A stretch of 64,000 bases of DNA from an uncultured Gemmatimonadales bacterium (GCA_963716255.1 OY970303.1:2432001-2496000); one strand, 5' to 3'; positions 48,701 to 58,769 are shown, counted from the first letter of the stretch. Notes: a model not told the origin generated them from the sequence alone. Translations and numbers: made by a program.

Positions 48701-48867
48701 GGGCGTGCCCCCGCTGGCGCAGGGTCGGGCTGCGGCTCCGTAACGCACGAATCAACCGTGCGTAACGGAGTCGAGCCCCGGCGGCAGCACTTCTGAACTG
48801 AGGTACCCCGCCGGGTCTCACCCCTTCGGGCCGAAATCCCTCACGCGGGCATCGCGCTGGCGTCCGC
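48701..48867 (-). repeat. Family A copy 6 (one expanded loop)
   Basis: Reverse complement of the consensus; overlaps the stop of the adjacent CDS. Confidence 0.88.
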
Positions 48868-49899
48868 GGGCGGCTGTGCGTCCGGGCGCGCCAGCCGGCC
48901 CGCGGCGCGGTCCCAGCGCCACGGCGCGGCCGCGCCGCGCAGGTGGACGCCGCCCAGCCAGCGGTCCACGCCGCCCGCGGCGAGGCGGTCCGCCTCGCCG
49001 CGGAGCACGGCCAGGCCGTGCTCCGTCGGCTCCAGGCCCCGCTCGTGGAAGGCGGCGCCGCCGCCGCGCTCCGGGAGGCGGAAGGGGGCGCCGTCCGCGG
49101 GGCGCAGCAGCGGCTCCGGCCCGGCGGCCAGGCCGGCGACGTAGCCCCACAGCGTCGTGTCGCCCATGAACACGCGCTCCTCGCGCGCCTGGTCGGCCAG
49201 GAAGATCTCGCCGGGCGTGGCGGCGCCCGCGGCGACCGCCTCCAGCACCTGGCGCTCCGTGCGGGCGAGGCCGTCGCCCACGGCGGGGAACTGCTCCAGG
49301 TGGCGGAGCAGGGCGCCGCGCAGGAAGGGGAGCGCGGCGGTGTCCCCGGCGAGGACGCGCTCGATCTCCGTGGGGTCCGGCGCGCGGAAGGCCGCCCACG
49401 CGGCGCGGGCCAGCGCCCGCTGCGCGCCGGTCACCGGCGCGCGGCCGGGATGCAGCGACGCCAGCTGCCCGGGGCCGAGCTGCCCCAGCCCGTGAAAGGG
49501 CTCCACCCCCGGGAACTCGCCGACGCACACCAGCGACACCCGGGCGCGCGCCCCATCCCCGTCCGCCAGGCGGTCCAGCACCTGGAGGAGCTGGAGCTGG
49601 TCGTACAGGTCGTGCTCGAACCAGAGGACGACCTCGCCCCCGCCCGCCGCGGCGGCGGCCAGCGCGGCGTCGCGCGCTTCCAGGTCGGCCAGCACTTCGC
49701 CGTACGCGGCCCGGCCGTCCCCCGCCAGGAAGCGCGCGCGCACCCGGTTCAGTTCCGCGGGGGCGAGGCCGGCGGGGACCGGCCCCTCGTGGAGCACGTC
49801 GCGCCAGGGAAACACCTCGCCGCCCAGGCCGACGCGGCGGAGCGGCTCCGCCGCGGCGTCGCCGTTGGTGACGTGCAGGATCGCGGGGGCGTCGGGCAT
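48841..49899 (-). CDS. DUF1835-like protein
   Basis: LHVTNGD, WRDVLHEGPVP, LWFEHDLYDQLQ, DRWLGGV. Confidence 0.8.
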   Translation of the reverse strand: MPDAPAILHVTNGDAAAEPLRRVGLGGEVFPWRDVLHEGPVPAGLAPAELNRVRARFLAGDGRAAYGEVLADLEARDAALAAAAAGGGEVVLWFEHDLYDQLQLLQVLDRLADGDGARARVSLVCVGEFPGVEPFHGLGQLGPGQLASLHPGRAPVTGAQRALARAAWAAFRAPDPTEIERVLAGDTAALPFLRGALLRHLEQFPAVGDGLARTERQVLEAVAAGAATPGEIFLADQAREERVFMGDTTLWGYVAGLAAGPEPLLRPADGAPFRLPERGGGAAFHERGLEPTEHGLAVLRGEADRLAAGGVDRWLGGVHLRGAAAPWRWDRAAGRLARPDAQPPADASAMPA

Positions 49900-50057
49900 G
49901 GCGCGTGGGGGTGCGAGGGTGGCGGGAGGACGGTGCGCGCCCACACGTTCGGCGCGCCGGGGGCCGCGGGCAAGCCCCGCGCCCTTGACCCGCGGCCCGC
50001 GGGAGCGCAGACATTCCCGGTCGCGCGCATCGCCCGCCACCCTCGCCGCTCCCCGCC

Positions 50058-50492
50058 ATGGACGACGTCCGCATCCGCACCGCACGCCCGGAGGACGCGG
50101 CCGGGCTCGCCCGGCTGATGGAGGACCTGGGGTACCCCACCACCGCGGGGCAGATGGCCGCGCGGCTGGGGCCCATCCTCGCCGACCCGGACTACCGGAC
50201 GCTGGTGGCGGAGGCCGGCGGCGCCCTGGTGGGGATGGTGGGCGTGTTCCGCGGCCGGGACTACAGCCGCGACCCGCCCTACGCGCGCGTGCTCGCGCTG
50301 GTGGTGGACCCGGCGTGCCGGGGGAGCGGCGTGGGCGCGGCGCTCATGGACGCGGCGGAGGCGTGGGCGCGCGAGGTGGGCGCCGGCTCGGTGCACCTCA
50401 CCACGGCGGCGCACCGCGAGGGGGCGCACCGCTTCTACGAGCGGCTGGGCTACGAGGGCACCGGGCTGCGCTACCGCAAGCCGCTGGGCTGA
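50058..50492 (+). CDS. GNAT acetyltransferase
   Basis: LVVDPACRGSGVGAALM, FYERLGY. Confidence 0.92.
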   Translation: MDDVRIRTARPEDAAGLARLMEDLGYPTTAGQMAARLGPILADPDYRTLVAEAGGALVGMVGVFRGRDYSRDPPYARVLALVVDPACRGSGVGAALMDAAEAWAREVGAGSVHLTTAAHREGAHRFYERLGYEGTGLRYRKPLG

Positions 50493-51592
50493 TCCGCCAG
50501 CCGCGCCGAGAAGAAGGGGAGCACGCGGGTGCGAAGCCGCTCGGCGACGCGATCCCCGTGCGTCCCCGCGTATGGCTCGTACACGTGCGGGATCCCCGCG
50601 TGGGCGAGGGCGGCCGCCAGCGCCCGCGTGCTCGCGGGGATGTGCCGGAACGAGTCTTCCGTGCCCGCGTCGAAGGCCAGGCCGCGCAGCCGCGCGAAGC
50701 CGGCCCCGTGCCGCGCCACCAGCGAGTCGGCCGAGACGGCGCTCCAGGCCCCGTGCGCCGGCTCCACCGGCACCAGGCCCCCCGCTCCCGGCCGGAACGG
50801 CAGCGCGATCCCCAGCGGCTGCCCCGCGTCCGGCGAGGTCATGGCGCCGACCGCCAGCGCCAGCCGCGCGCCGAAGCCGGCCCCGGCCAGGTCCTCCCGC
50901 CCGCGCACCCGGCTCGCTTCCGTCCACACCCGCGCGCCCGCCTCGCCGTCCGGCGACAGGTCCGCCCACAGGTCGCCCAGGCAGCAGGGGCTGAGCGCGT
51001 ACGCCGCCCCGAACACCTCCGGGTGGCTCCCCGCCAGCCGGAGCGCCGCGTGCCCCCCCATCGACCACCCCGCGATTCCCCGCCCCGCCGAGCCGCGCAC
51101 CGTGCGGAAGCGCCGGTCCACGTGCCCCACCACCTCGCGCACCAGGAAATCCTCCCACCGCCCCGCCGCCGCCGTGTTGGCGAAGAACGAGCCGCCCAGC
51201 GCGTTCCGGCCGTCCGGCATCACCACGATCATCTCCCGCACCGCGCCCGCGGCCGCCAGCGAGTCCATGGCCCGGGGCAGGCGCATGCGCTCGCCCGCCC
51301 ACTGGTCCGGGTCCCCGTCGAAGCCGTGCAGCAGGTACACCACCGGGTAGCGGCGCGCCGGGCTGGCCGCGTACGACGGCGGCAGGTACACGGCGACCGC
51401 GCGGTCCGCCGCGTCGCCCAGCGGGTTGCCCCGCAGCGCCGCGGAGCGCACGGTGTCGCGGACGACGACCCCGCCCGGGGCGGCGGGCGCTGCCGCGGGT
51501 GCGCCGTCCAGCGCGGGCGGTGCGGCCGCGGGAGCGCAGGAAGCCAGCAGCAGCGCGGCGAGCAGGCGGAAGGCGGTACGCGGGGGAGGCAT
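50471..51592 (-). CDS. Esterase (alpha/beta hydrolase) lipoprotein
   Basis: VYLPPSY, YPVVYLLHG, GWSMGG. Confidence 0.88.
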   Translation of the reverse strand: MPPPRTAFRLLAALLLASCAPAAAPPALDGAPAAAPAAPGGVVVRDTVRSAALRGNPLGDAADRAVAVYLPPSYAASPARRYPVVYLLHGFDGDPDQWAGERMRLPRAMDSLAAAGAVREMIVVMPDGRNALGGSFFANTAAAGRWEDFLVREVVGHVDRRFRTVRGSAGRGIAGWSMGGHAALRLAGSHPEVFGAAYALSPCCLGDLWADLSPDGEAGARVWTEASRVRGREDLAGAGFGARLALAVGAMTSPDAGQPLGIALPFRPGAGGLVPVEPAHGAWSAVSADSLVARHGAGFARLRGLAFDAGTEDSFRHIPASTRALAAALAHAGIPHVYEPYAGTHGDRVAERLRTRVLPFFSARLADQPSGLR

Positions 51593-51839
51593 GCGGTGCG
51601 GGGAGGGGAGAACCAGAGAGATCAGCGGGCTCGACGGCAAGTTACGGCCGCGGAGCCGGCGGCGCGCCCCCGTGCCCATGCCGCTCGCTCCGCACCGCGC
51701 CGGATCCGCCGCCGCGGAGTGTGCGCAAACCTTGCACACGGCTCACCTCGCCGTGGCACGGCGCTTCCCGTGACGGCGACGCCCGGCGCGGAGCCGTGCG
51801 GCACGCGGGGATCGGGACCGAACGAACGGAGGATCCGGG

Positions 51840-54386
51840 ATGGCGGGCAGCACGCGAGAAGGAGCGGGTGCGGACGCACGGGCGCGGGGCGGGGATACCG
51901 CCGGCCGGCTGTTCGCCGGTGCAGGGGAGGTGCGCGCCCTCTGCCGCGACACGGACTGGGCCGCCACCCCGCTCGGCCCCGCGGACGAGTGGCCGGCCAG
52001 CCTGCGCACCGTGGCGGCGCTGGTGCTCGCCGCGCCCGTGGCGATGGTGGTGCTCTGGGGCCCGGAGCTGGTGCAGGTCTACAACGACGCGTACCGCGAG
52101 GTGATGGGCTCGAAGCACCCCGCCGGCCTGGGGCAGCCCACCCACGAGTGCTGGCCCGAGGTGTGGGAATTCAACTCGCCGCTGTACGAGGGCGTGGCCC
52201 GGCGGGGGGAGTCGTTCACCTTCACCGACCAGCCGCTGGTCCTGGAGTGGGACGGCCGCCGCGAGGAAGCGTTCTTCACCCTCACCTACAGCCCCGTCCC
52301 AGACGACGACGGCGCGGTGGGGGGCGTGCTGGTGACCGTGTTCGAGACCACCGCGCAGGTGCGCGCCAGGGGCGCCCGGGAGCGCGAGCGCGAGCGCCTG
52401 CTGGCCGACAGCGAGGCGGCGCGCGCCCGGGTGACGGCCACGCTGGAAAGCATCGGCGACGCGTTCTACGCCGTGGACGCGGACTTCCGCTTCACCTACG
52501 TGAACCGCAAGGCCGAGGAGCTGTGGGGACGGCCGCGGGAATCCCTGCTGGGCCGGCACTACTGGACCGAGTTCCCGCGGGCCGTGGGAAGCGCTGCGCA
52601 CGGGCACCACCTGCGGGTCATGGCCGAGCGGCGTCCGGCGCACTTCGAGGCGGTCTCGCCCATCATCGACCGCTGGGTGGAGGCGAGCCTCTACCCCGAC
52701 GAGGCGGGCGGCGGGCTGGCCTGCTACTTCCGCGACATCTCCGACCGCAAGGAGGCCGATGCCGAGCGCGAGCGCCTGCTGCGCGAGGCCCGGGCCGCGC
52801 GCGACGACGCCGAGAGGGCCGCCGCGGCCGCCGCCGCGAGCGAGGCGCGGTACCGCACGCTCTTCGACACCATCGACGTGGGATTCTGCGTCATCGAGGT
52901 GATCTTCGACGCGGAGAGCCGGGCGGTGGACTACCGCTTCGTGGAGGCGAATCCCGCGTTCGCGCAGCAGACCGGCCTGGCGGACGCCGTGGGGCACACC
53001 GCGCGCGAGCTGCTCCCCTCTCTGGAGGCGCACTGGTTCGAGACCTACGGCCGGGTTGCCGCGACCGGCGAGGCGGTCCGCTTCCAGAACGGCTCCGAGC
53101 CCATGGGCCGCTGGTTCGACGTGTACGCGTTCCGGGTGGGCCCGTCCGGGGAGCGGCGGGTCGCCATCCTCTTCACCGACGTCACCGCCGTGCACGCCGC
53201 CGCCCGGGAGCGTGAGCGTCTGCTGGCGGAGCTGGGCGCCGAGCGCGAGCTGCTGCGCTCCATCATCCTCCACATGCCGGCGCCGCTGGCGCTGCTCGTG
53301 GGCCCCGACCACCGCTTCGACATCGTCAACGACGCGTTCCGCCGCGTCAGCGGCGGGGGCCGCGACGTCACCGGCCTGACGCCCCACGAAGCGTTCCCGG
53401 AGCTGGAAGGCCAGCCCTTCTTCGAGCTGCACGACCGGGTGTACCAGACCGGCGAGCCGTGGGGAAGGCCCGAGACCCCCGTCCGCTACGACCGCGACGG
53501 GACCGGTGTCCAGGACACCTGGTTCGACATGCGCTTCGAGCCGGTGCGCGACGCGGAGGGCCGGGTCGTCGCCATCCTCAACTTCGCGGTGGACGTGACC
53601 GACCAGGTCCGCGCCCGCCGCCAGGTGGAAGGCTTCCTCGCCGAGAGCGAGCACGCGCGCGCCGACGCGGAGTCGGCGCGCGCGGAGGCGGAGGCCGCGA
53701 ACCGCGCCAAGAGCGAGTTCCTGGCGGTGATGAGCCACGAGCTGCGCACCCCGCTCAACGCCATCGGCGGCTACGCGGAGCTCCTGGAGATGGGGATCCG
53801 GGGACCGGTGACCCCACAGCAGCAGGAGGACCTGCGGCGCATCCAGACCAGCCAGCGCCACCTGCTGGGGCTGATCAACGAGGTGCTCAACTACGCCAAG
53901 CTGGAGACCGGTACCGTTCACTACGACGTGGCCGATGTCCCGGTGCGCGAGGCCGTGACGGGGGCGGAGCTGCTGGTGGCGCCGCAGGCGCGCAGCAAGG
54001 GGATCGCCCTTGCCGTGACCGACTGCCCGCACGCGCTGGAGGTGCGCGCCGACGCCGAGAAGCTGCGGCAGATCGTGGTCAACCTGCTTTCCAACGCCGT
54101 CAAGTTCACCGACCGGGGCGGGCGCGTGGAGGTGTCCTGCGCGCGGGAGGACGCGCGGGTGGCGATCCGGGTGCGCGACACGGGGATCGGGATCCCGGCG
54201 GACAAGCTGGAGGCCGTCTTCGATCCGTTCGTCCAGGTGCGCTCCGACCTCGCGCGCCCGCACGAGGGCACGGGGCTGGGGCTGGCCATCAGCCGCGACC
54301 TGGCGCGCGGCATGGGCGGCGACCTCGCCGCCGAGAGCGCGCCGGGCGTGGGGAGCACCTTCACGCTGACGCTGCCGGCGGCCTGA
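51840..54386 (+). CDS. Multi-PAS sensor histidine kinase
   Basis: Several PAS domains, SHELRTPL, NLLSNAVKF, DTGIG, GTGLGL. Confidence 0.95.
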   Translation: MAGSTREGAGADARARGGDTAGRLFAGAGEVRALCRDTDWAATPLGPADEWPASLRTVAALVLAAPVAMVVLWGPELVQVYNDAYREVMGSKHPAGLGQPTHECWPEVWEFNSPLYEGVARRGESFTFTDQPLVLEWDGRREEAFFTLTYSPVPDDDGAVGGVLVTVFETTAQVRARGARERERERLLADSEAARARVTATLESIGDAFYAVDADFRFTYVNRKAEELWGRPRESLLGRHYWTEFPRAVGSAAHGHHLRVMAERRPAHFEAVSPIIDRWVEASLYPDEAGGGLACYFRDISDRKEADAERERLLREARAARDDAERAAAAAAASEARYRTLFDTIDVGFCVIEVIFDAESRAVDYRFVEANPAFAQQTGLADAVGHTARELLPSLEAHWFETYGRVAATGEAVRFQNGSEPMGRWFDVYAFRVGPSGERRVAILFTDVTAVHAAARERERLLAELGAERELLRSIILHMPAPLALLVGPDHRFDIVNDAFRRVSGGGRDVTGLTPHEAFPELEGQPFFELHDRVYQTGEPWGRPETPVRYDRDGTGVQDTWFDMRFEPVRDAEGRVVAILNFAVDVTDQVRARRQVEGFLAESEHARADAESARAEAEAANRAKSEFLAVMSHELRTPLNAIGGYAELLEMGIRGPVTPQQQEDLRRIQTSQRHLLGLINEVLNYAKLETGTVHYDVADVPVREAVTGAELLVAPQARSKGIALAVTDCPHALEVRADAEKLRQIVVNLLSNAVKFTDRGGRVEVSCAREDARVAIRVRDTGIGIPADKLEAVFDPFVQVRSDLARPHEGTGLGLAISRDLARGMGGDLAAESAPGVGSTFTLTLPAA

Positions 54387-54475
54387 GCCGCCCCGGTCCC
54401 CGACGCCCTCCCCCGCAACGGGGGATGTAGGGGGCGAGCCGTGCGAGCCTCAAGCGAGCCGGGTGGGGGCCCCCA

Positions 54476-54625
54476 GCGGACGCCAGCGCGAGCCCCGCGT
54501 GAGGGATTTCGGCCCGAAGGGGCGAGACCTGGCGGCCGTTTGCCGGGGCTCGACTCCGTTGCACACGGTTGTTTCGTGTGCTACGGAGCCGAAGCCCGAC
54601 CCCCGCGCCAGCCGGGGGCACGCCC
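54476..54625 (+). repeat. Family A copy 7 (preceded by a family C element at ~54405-54471)
   Basis: Matches the family A consensus. Confidence 0.9.
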
Positions 54626-54653
54626 GGACCCGCAGTTGAAAGCCGTTCCGTCG

Positions 54654-57317
54654 TCAGGGGTTCAGCCAGTAGTTGACCTTGATCAGGAACACGTTGTCCG
54701 GCCGTGCGCTGAACAGCGCGCTCCGGTCGCGGTTCAGGCTGAAGTCCCCCACCACGTCCTCGTCGAAGCGCCGCTGCTGCCACGCCACGTACAGCGTGGA
54801 GCCCGGCCGCCACTCCCACCGCAGCACCGCGTTGCCGCGCAGGAAGCGCTGGTTGAAGTCGCGCTGCGAAAAGAACTGCCCGAAGCGGAAGGGCGCCGCC
54901 GGCCCGACCCCGTCCGGGTCCGCCGTGAACGAGCCGTCGTCGTTGCGCGCCAGCGTCCCGCGGTCGCGGCCGTACACCGCGAAGTCGAAGGTGCGCGCCG
55001 CCTCCAGCTCCTTGTAGTCGCCGAAGTCCGCCGCGCTGATCAGCGGCTGCGCGAAGAGCTGCAGCGTCAGCCGCGGCGTGAAGGTGAGGTCCAGCCGGGT
55101 GTCCAGCGACAGCTCCGTCTGCTCCAGGTCCGCGAACACGTAGCGCCGCCCGAAGGTCGCCGTCGCGAGCTCGTCGCGCACCGAGGCCACGTACTGCGCC
55201 TCCACCTGGTTGCGCACGAACGCCGGGCCCACGCTCAGCGTCCACCGCGGCGAGGGGCGCAGTGTCACCCCCGCGTCCGCCTGCACGCTGCCCCCGCCCG
55301 CCGCGTCCTCGCCGTAGTAGGCGGAGGCGTACCCCGTCACCCCCTTGCGCGGGTCGGAGTTCAGCGCCAGGTACACCCGCCCGTCCGCGGGGCGCCTGGC
55401 CAGCGGGCCGCCGCGCGTCAGCCGGTCGTCCGTGCTGGCGAGCGAGTAGCCCGCGTTGAAGGCCACGCTCCAGTAGTTGCGCAGGAGCCAGTTGCTCCCC
55501 ACGAAGAGCGTGTTGCCGATGTGGTCGCCGTCGTAGTTGCCGTCCAGCCGGGCCTGCCCCTGCACCCGCCAGTTGCGGAAGGTGGGCCCCGGCGTGTTCT
55601 CCAGGTAGGTGACGGACGCGGTGCCGCGCAGCAGGTCGGAGCGGGTGCTGAAGCCCAGGTCGTTGATCTCGTAGCCGGGGCTGACGGTGGTCACCGCCGC
55701 GCTCCCCCGCCAGTGCCGCCCCGCCTGCCGGGCCAGCGTCACCTCGCCGGCCAGCCCGGCGAGCGAGGTCGCCAGCGTGTCCAGCTCCACGTGCCCCGCG
55801 TCCGGCCGCTGGAAGTAGCGCGCGGAGGAGCGCTGCGCCGCCCCGATCACCCCGCGCGCGCCCGAGATGGTGCTCCCCGCGGCGTACCCGCTCAGCACCC
55901 AGCTGCGCCGCGCCCACTCGTGGCGGAAGTCCGCCCCGCCCGCGTACGCCGAGGAGCGCAGCGACGCTTCCAGCGCCGCGCCGTCCAGGTCGCGGCTCAC
56001 CGCCGTGGCGATGGCGCCCAGCGACGTCTGCCCCGAGCGGAAGTCGCGGCGGGCGCGCCCCACCAGGTAGTTGGTCAGCGGCTCCACCACGAAGCGGTCG
56101 GCCGGCGCGCCCGGCTCCGCGTCGAACGGGCGGAAGCGCACCTCCTCGCGCTCGGTCAGCGCCTCCATCAGCCCCACCGACCACCCGCCCGTCTTCCCCG
56201 AGAGCTTCGCCGCGCCCAGGATGGTGGTGGCCACCAGCTCCTCCGCCGAGCCCGGCGCGAACAGCTGCGGCGTGCGGCCGATGCGGCGCGTGTAGAACAG
56301 CGCCGACGCGCCGGCCCCCGTGTAGAAGTTGAAGTTGTCCGTCCCCTCGATGAAGAAGGGGCGCTTCTCCGGGAAGAAGGTCTCGAACGCCGTCAGGTTG
56401 ACCACCGCCGGGTCCACCTCCACCTGCCCGAAGTCCGGGTTGAGGGTGGCGTCCAGCGTCAGGTTGGAGGTGACGCGGTACTTGAGGTCCAGCCCCCCGG
56501 AAACCCCGTACTCCGAGTCGGTGCGGAAGGGGTTCCCGGCCGGGTCCACGTACTCCGCCTTGGCCACCGTGTAGGGGAGGATCTCCAGCCGCTTGCCGGG
56601 GCGGATGTCGCGCAGCCCGTGCAGGTGTCCGTAGCGCGCGATCCCCCCGCGCTCCTTCTTGGGGGTGAAGGAAAAGACCGAGTACTCCTGGTTGCGGCGG
56701 ATGACCCGCTCGATCTGGATCCCCCAGGTCTGCTCCGCGGCCGGGGAGAAGCGCAGCTGCGAGAAGGGGATGCGGTACTCCGCCGTCCACCCCGCGGAGT
56801 CCGCCGTGGCCGCCCCCTCCCACACCGGGTCCCAGGAGTTGTCGTCCACGTCGCCGATCTTGAGGGCGTCGCGCCGCACGCCGGCCGGGTTCAGGTCGAA
56901 GCTGAAGGCGGTGCGGTGGTCGTGGTAGCTGTCCACCACCAGCCCCACCCAGTCCGAGTCGCCCAGCGGCATGTCGCGCCGGCCCAGCCGCGAGGACACG
57001 GGCGAGCGGTCCCACAGCCGCACCCCCACGTACAGCGCCTCCCCGTCGTACAGGATGCGCGCCTCCGTCCGCTCGCTCACCGGCGTCCCCTCGGCGGGGT
57101 CCCACTGGGTGAAGTCGCTCACCGGGACGGCGGCGGCCCACGCCTCGTCGTCCAGGCGCCCGTCCACGCGGATGGAGCCGACCGTGCGGGTGGCCATGGC
57201 CACCGGGTCGGCGGCGTGCGCGTCGCGCGAGGCGGGCTGCGCCGGGGGCGCGGACTGCGCCGCCGCCGCGTAGGGGACGGCCAGCAGGGCAAGGAGCGAA
57301 AGGACCGGACGGTTCAT
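54654..57317 (-). CDS. Outer membrane protein, CBM9-like plus DUF5916
   Basis: IRVDGRLDDEAW, WTAEYRIPFSQLRF, NPDFGQVEVD, EKRPFFIEG. Confidence 0.88.
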   Translation of the reverse strand: MNRPVLSLLALLAVPYAAAAQSAPPAQPASRDAHAADPVAMATRTVGSIRVDGRLDDEAWAAAVPVSDFTQWDPAEGTPVSERTEARILYDGEALYVGVRLWDRSPVSSRLGRRDMPLGDSDWVGLVVDSYHDHRTAFSFDLNPAGVRRDALKIGDVDDNSWDPVWEGAATADSAGWTAEYRIPFSQLRFSPAAEQTWGIQIERVIRRNQEYSVFSFTPKKERGGIARYGHLHGLRDIRPGKRLEILPYTVAKAEYVDPAGNPFRTDSEYGVSGGLDLKYRVTSNLTLDATLNPDFGQVEVDPAVVNLTAFETFFPEKRPFFIEGTDNFNFYTGAGASALFYTRRIGRTPQLFAPGSAEELVATTILGAAKLSGKTGGWSVGLMEALTEREEVRFRPFDAEPGAPADRFVVEPLTNYLVGRARRDFRSGQTSLGAIATAVSRDLDGAALEASLRSSAYAGGADFRHEWARRSWVLSGYAAGSTISGARGVIGAAQRSSARYFQRPDAGHVELDTLATSLAGLAGEVTLARQAGRHWRGSAAVTTVSPGYEINDLGFSTRSDLLRGTASVTYLENTPGPTFRNWRVQGQARLDGNYDGDHIGNTLFVGSNWLLRNYWSVAFNAGYSLASTDDRLTRGGPLARRPADGRVYLALNSDPRKGVTGYASAYYGEDAAGGGSVQADAGVTLRPSPRWTLSVGPAFVRNQVEAQYVASVRDELATATFGRRYVFADLEQTELSLDTRLDLTFTPRLTLQLFAQPLISAADFGDYKELEAARTFDFAVYGRDRGTLARNDDGSFTADPDGVGPAAPFRFGQFFSQRDFNQRFLRGNAVLRWEWRPGSTLYVAWQQRRFDEDVVGDFSLNRDRSALFSARPDNVFLIKVNYWLNP

Positions 57318-57543
57318 GGGACGCTGCGGCGGGGAGAGCGGTGCGCGGCCGGACGGAGCCGGACGTGGAGGGCGGCGCGGTGGGGCCGCGCCGCCCTGAA
57401 TATCATGACGGGAAATGGATTTCGCCACCCCGCGGGGACGGGGCGCGCGGCGCGGGGACGGACGGCATCGTGGCGGTGCGGAGTGTTGGAATCCCTTGAC
57501 CGCGCGGGTAGATTGCGGGCACGCCACCCGAGCCGAGCCGCCC

Positions 57544-57804
57544 ATGATCCGCCTGAACGATTCCCTGCCCGACGACGACCTGGAGGAGGCATTCCCCCTG
57601 GGCGACGGCACCGCCGACACGGGCGCCGTGGTGCGCTGCCCGTACTGCTGGGAGGAGAACCCCATCGCGCTGGACCCGGGGAGCGGGACGGTGCAGGAGT
57701 ACGTGGAGGACTGCCAGGTGTGCTGCCGCCCCTGGACGGTGCACGTGTCGTACGGGGCGGATGGGAGCGCCGACGTCGAGGTGGAGGCGGCGGACGACGC
57801 GTGA
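57544..57804 (+). CDS. CPXCG-like cysteine-rich protein
   Basis: CPYCWE...YVEDCQVCCRPW. Confidence 0.88.
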   Translation: MIRLNDSLPDDDLEEAFPLGDGTADTGAVVRCPYCWEENPIALDPGSGTVQEYVEDCQVCCRPWTVHVSYGADGSADVEVEAADDA

Positions 57805-57859
57805 GGTCGTGTTGTCCAGCGAGAGGCACGAACCGCTGAACGGCGCGAACTGCGGGGTT

Positions 57860-57987
57860 GGGCGTGCCCCCGCTGGCGCGGGGTCGGGCTGCGCGCGCTG
57901 TAGGACACGAAACTACCGTGTCCTACAGCGGCGAGCCCCGGCAAACTGCCGCCGGGTCTCGCCCCTCCGGGCGCGCATCCCTCACGC
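57860..57987 (-). repeat. Family A copy 8 (most divergent, with compensatory changes)
   Basis: Reverse complement of the consensus with recoded stems. Confidence 0.85.
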
Positions 57988-57993
57988 GGCTCC

Positions 57994-58572
57994 GTGGTGA
58001 GGCCGGCCGGCGGCGGCGACCGGCTGGCGCGCTGGGCGGCGCACCCGCTGGGGCCGGCGGTCCTGTTCCTGTCCGCGGTGGCGGAGGCGTGCCTCTTCCC
58101 GGCCCCCACCGAGGCGGTGTTCCTGGCGCTCGCCGTGGGCGAGCCCCGCCGCGCGCCGCGCCTGGCGGCGCTGGCCGCGGCCGGCGGGCTGCTGGGCGCC
58201 GCGCTGGGCTACTGGCTGGGCGCGGCGCTCTTTGCGCGGCTGGGGCGGCCGGTGCTGGACGCGTACGGGCTGATGCCGCGCTTCGCCGCCATGGGCGAGC
58301 TGTACCGCGGCAGCCTGTCCGCGGCGCTCGCCACCTCCGGCTACACGCCGGTCCCCTTCGTCCTCTACACCATCGCGGGAGGCGCCTTCCGCGTCCCGCT
58401 GCTCCACTTCCTCGCCGGCGCCTTCGTGGGCCGCGCGCTCAAGTACGCCGTGCTCGCCGCGCTGGCGTGGTGGCTGGGCCCCGCCGTGCACGCCTTCCTC
58501 GCCCGGCACCTGCGCTGGGCGATGCTCGCCGCGGTGGCGCTTGCCGCCGCGCTCCTGGCCGCGCGGCTCTGA
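57994..58572 (+). CDS. YqaA/DedA (VTT) family membrane protein
   Basis: AEACLFPAPTE, GYWLG, TPVPF, GRALKY. Confidence 0.85.
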   Translation: MVRPAGGGDRLARWAAHPLGPAVLFLSAVAEACLFPAPTEAVFLALAVGEPRRAPRLAALAAAGGLLGAALGYWLGAALFARLGRPVLDAYGLMPRFAAMGELYRGSLSAALATSGYTPVPFVLYTIAGGAFRVPLLHFLAGAFVGRALKYAVLAALAWWLGPAVHAFLARHLRWAMLAAVALAAALLAARL

Positions 58573-58620
58573 CCGCGCCCCGGCGAGTGGACGCCGTTGC
58601 CGTTGTAGTTGCAGTTCCGC

Positions 58621-58769
58621 AGTACCCGCATGAATCTGTTCGGGGGGAGACTCGCCGGCTGTTTGGCGAGTCTCCCCCCGGCGGAGGGAGACACCGGGGC
58701 AGTTTCCGGTGGCTCCCGGAGCCCGCGTAGGAAACAGGCCGGCTGTTTGGCCTGGTTCCGGAGCGGCCC
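58621..58769 (-). repeat. Family B copy 4
   Basis: GAGACTCGCC-GGCTGTTT-GGCGAGTCTC; GAGACACCGG-GGCAGTTT-CCGGTGGCTC; GAAACAGGCC-GGCTGTTT-GGCCTGGTTC. Confidence 0.88.

Noticed and set aside
51754..51768. Sigma-54-like TGGCACGGCGCTTCC upstream of the PAS kinase
   Set aside because: The -12 element is TTCC rather than TTGC; too weak to call.
12197..58769. Repeat families as a CRISPR array
   Set aside because: Copies are dispersed and in both orientations, with no repeat-spacer periodicity and no cas genes.
12197..58769. Repeat families as attC sites of the IntI remnant
   Set aside because: No consistent RYYYAAC...GTTRRRY ends, mixed orientation, and they flank housekeeping genes.
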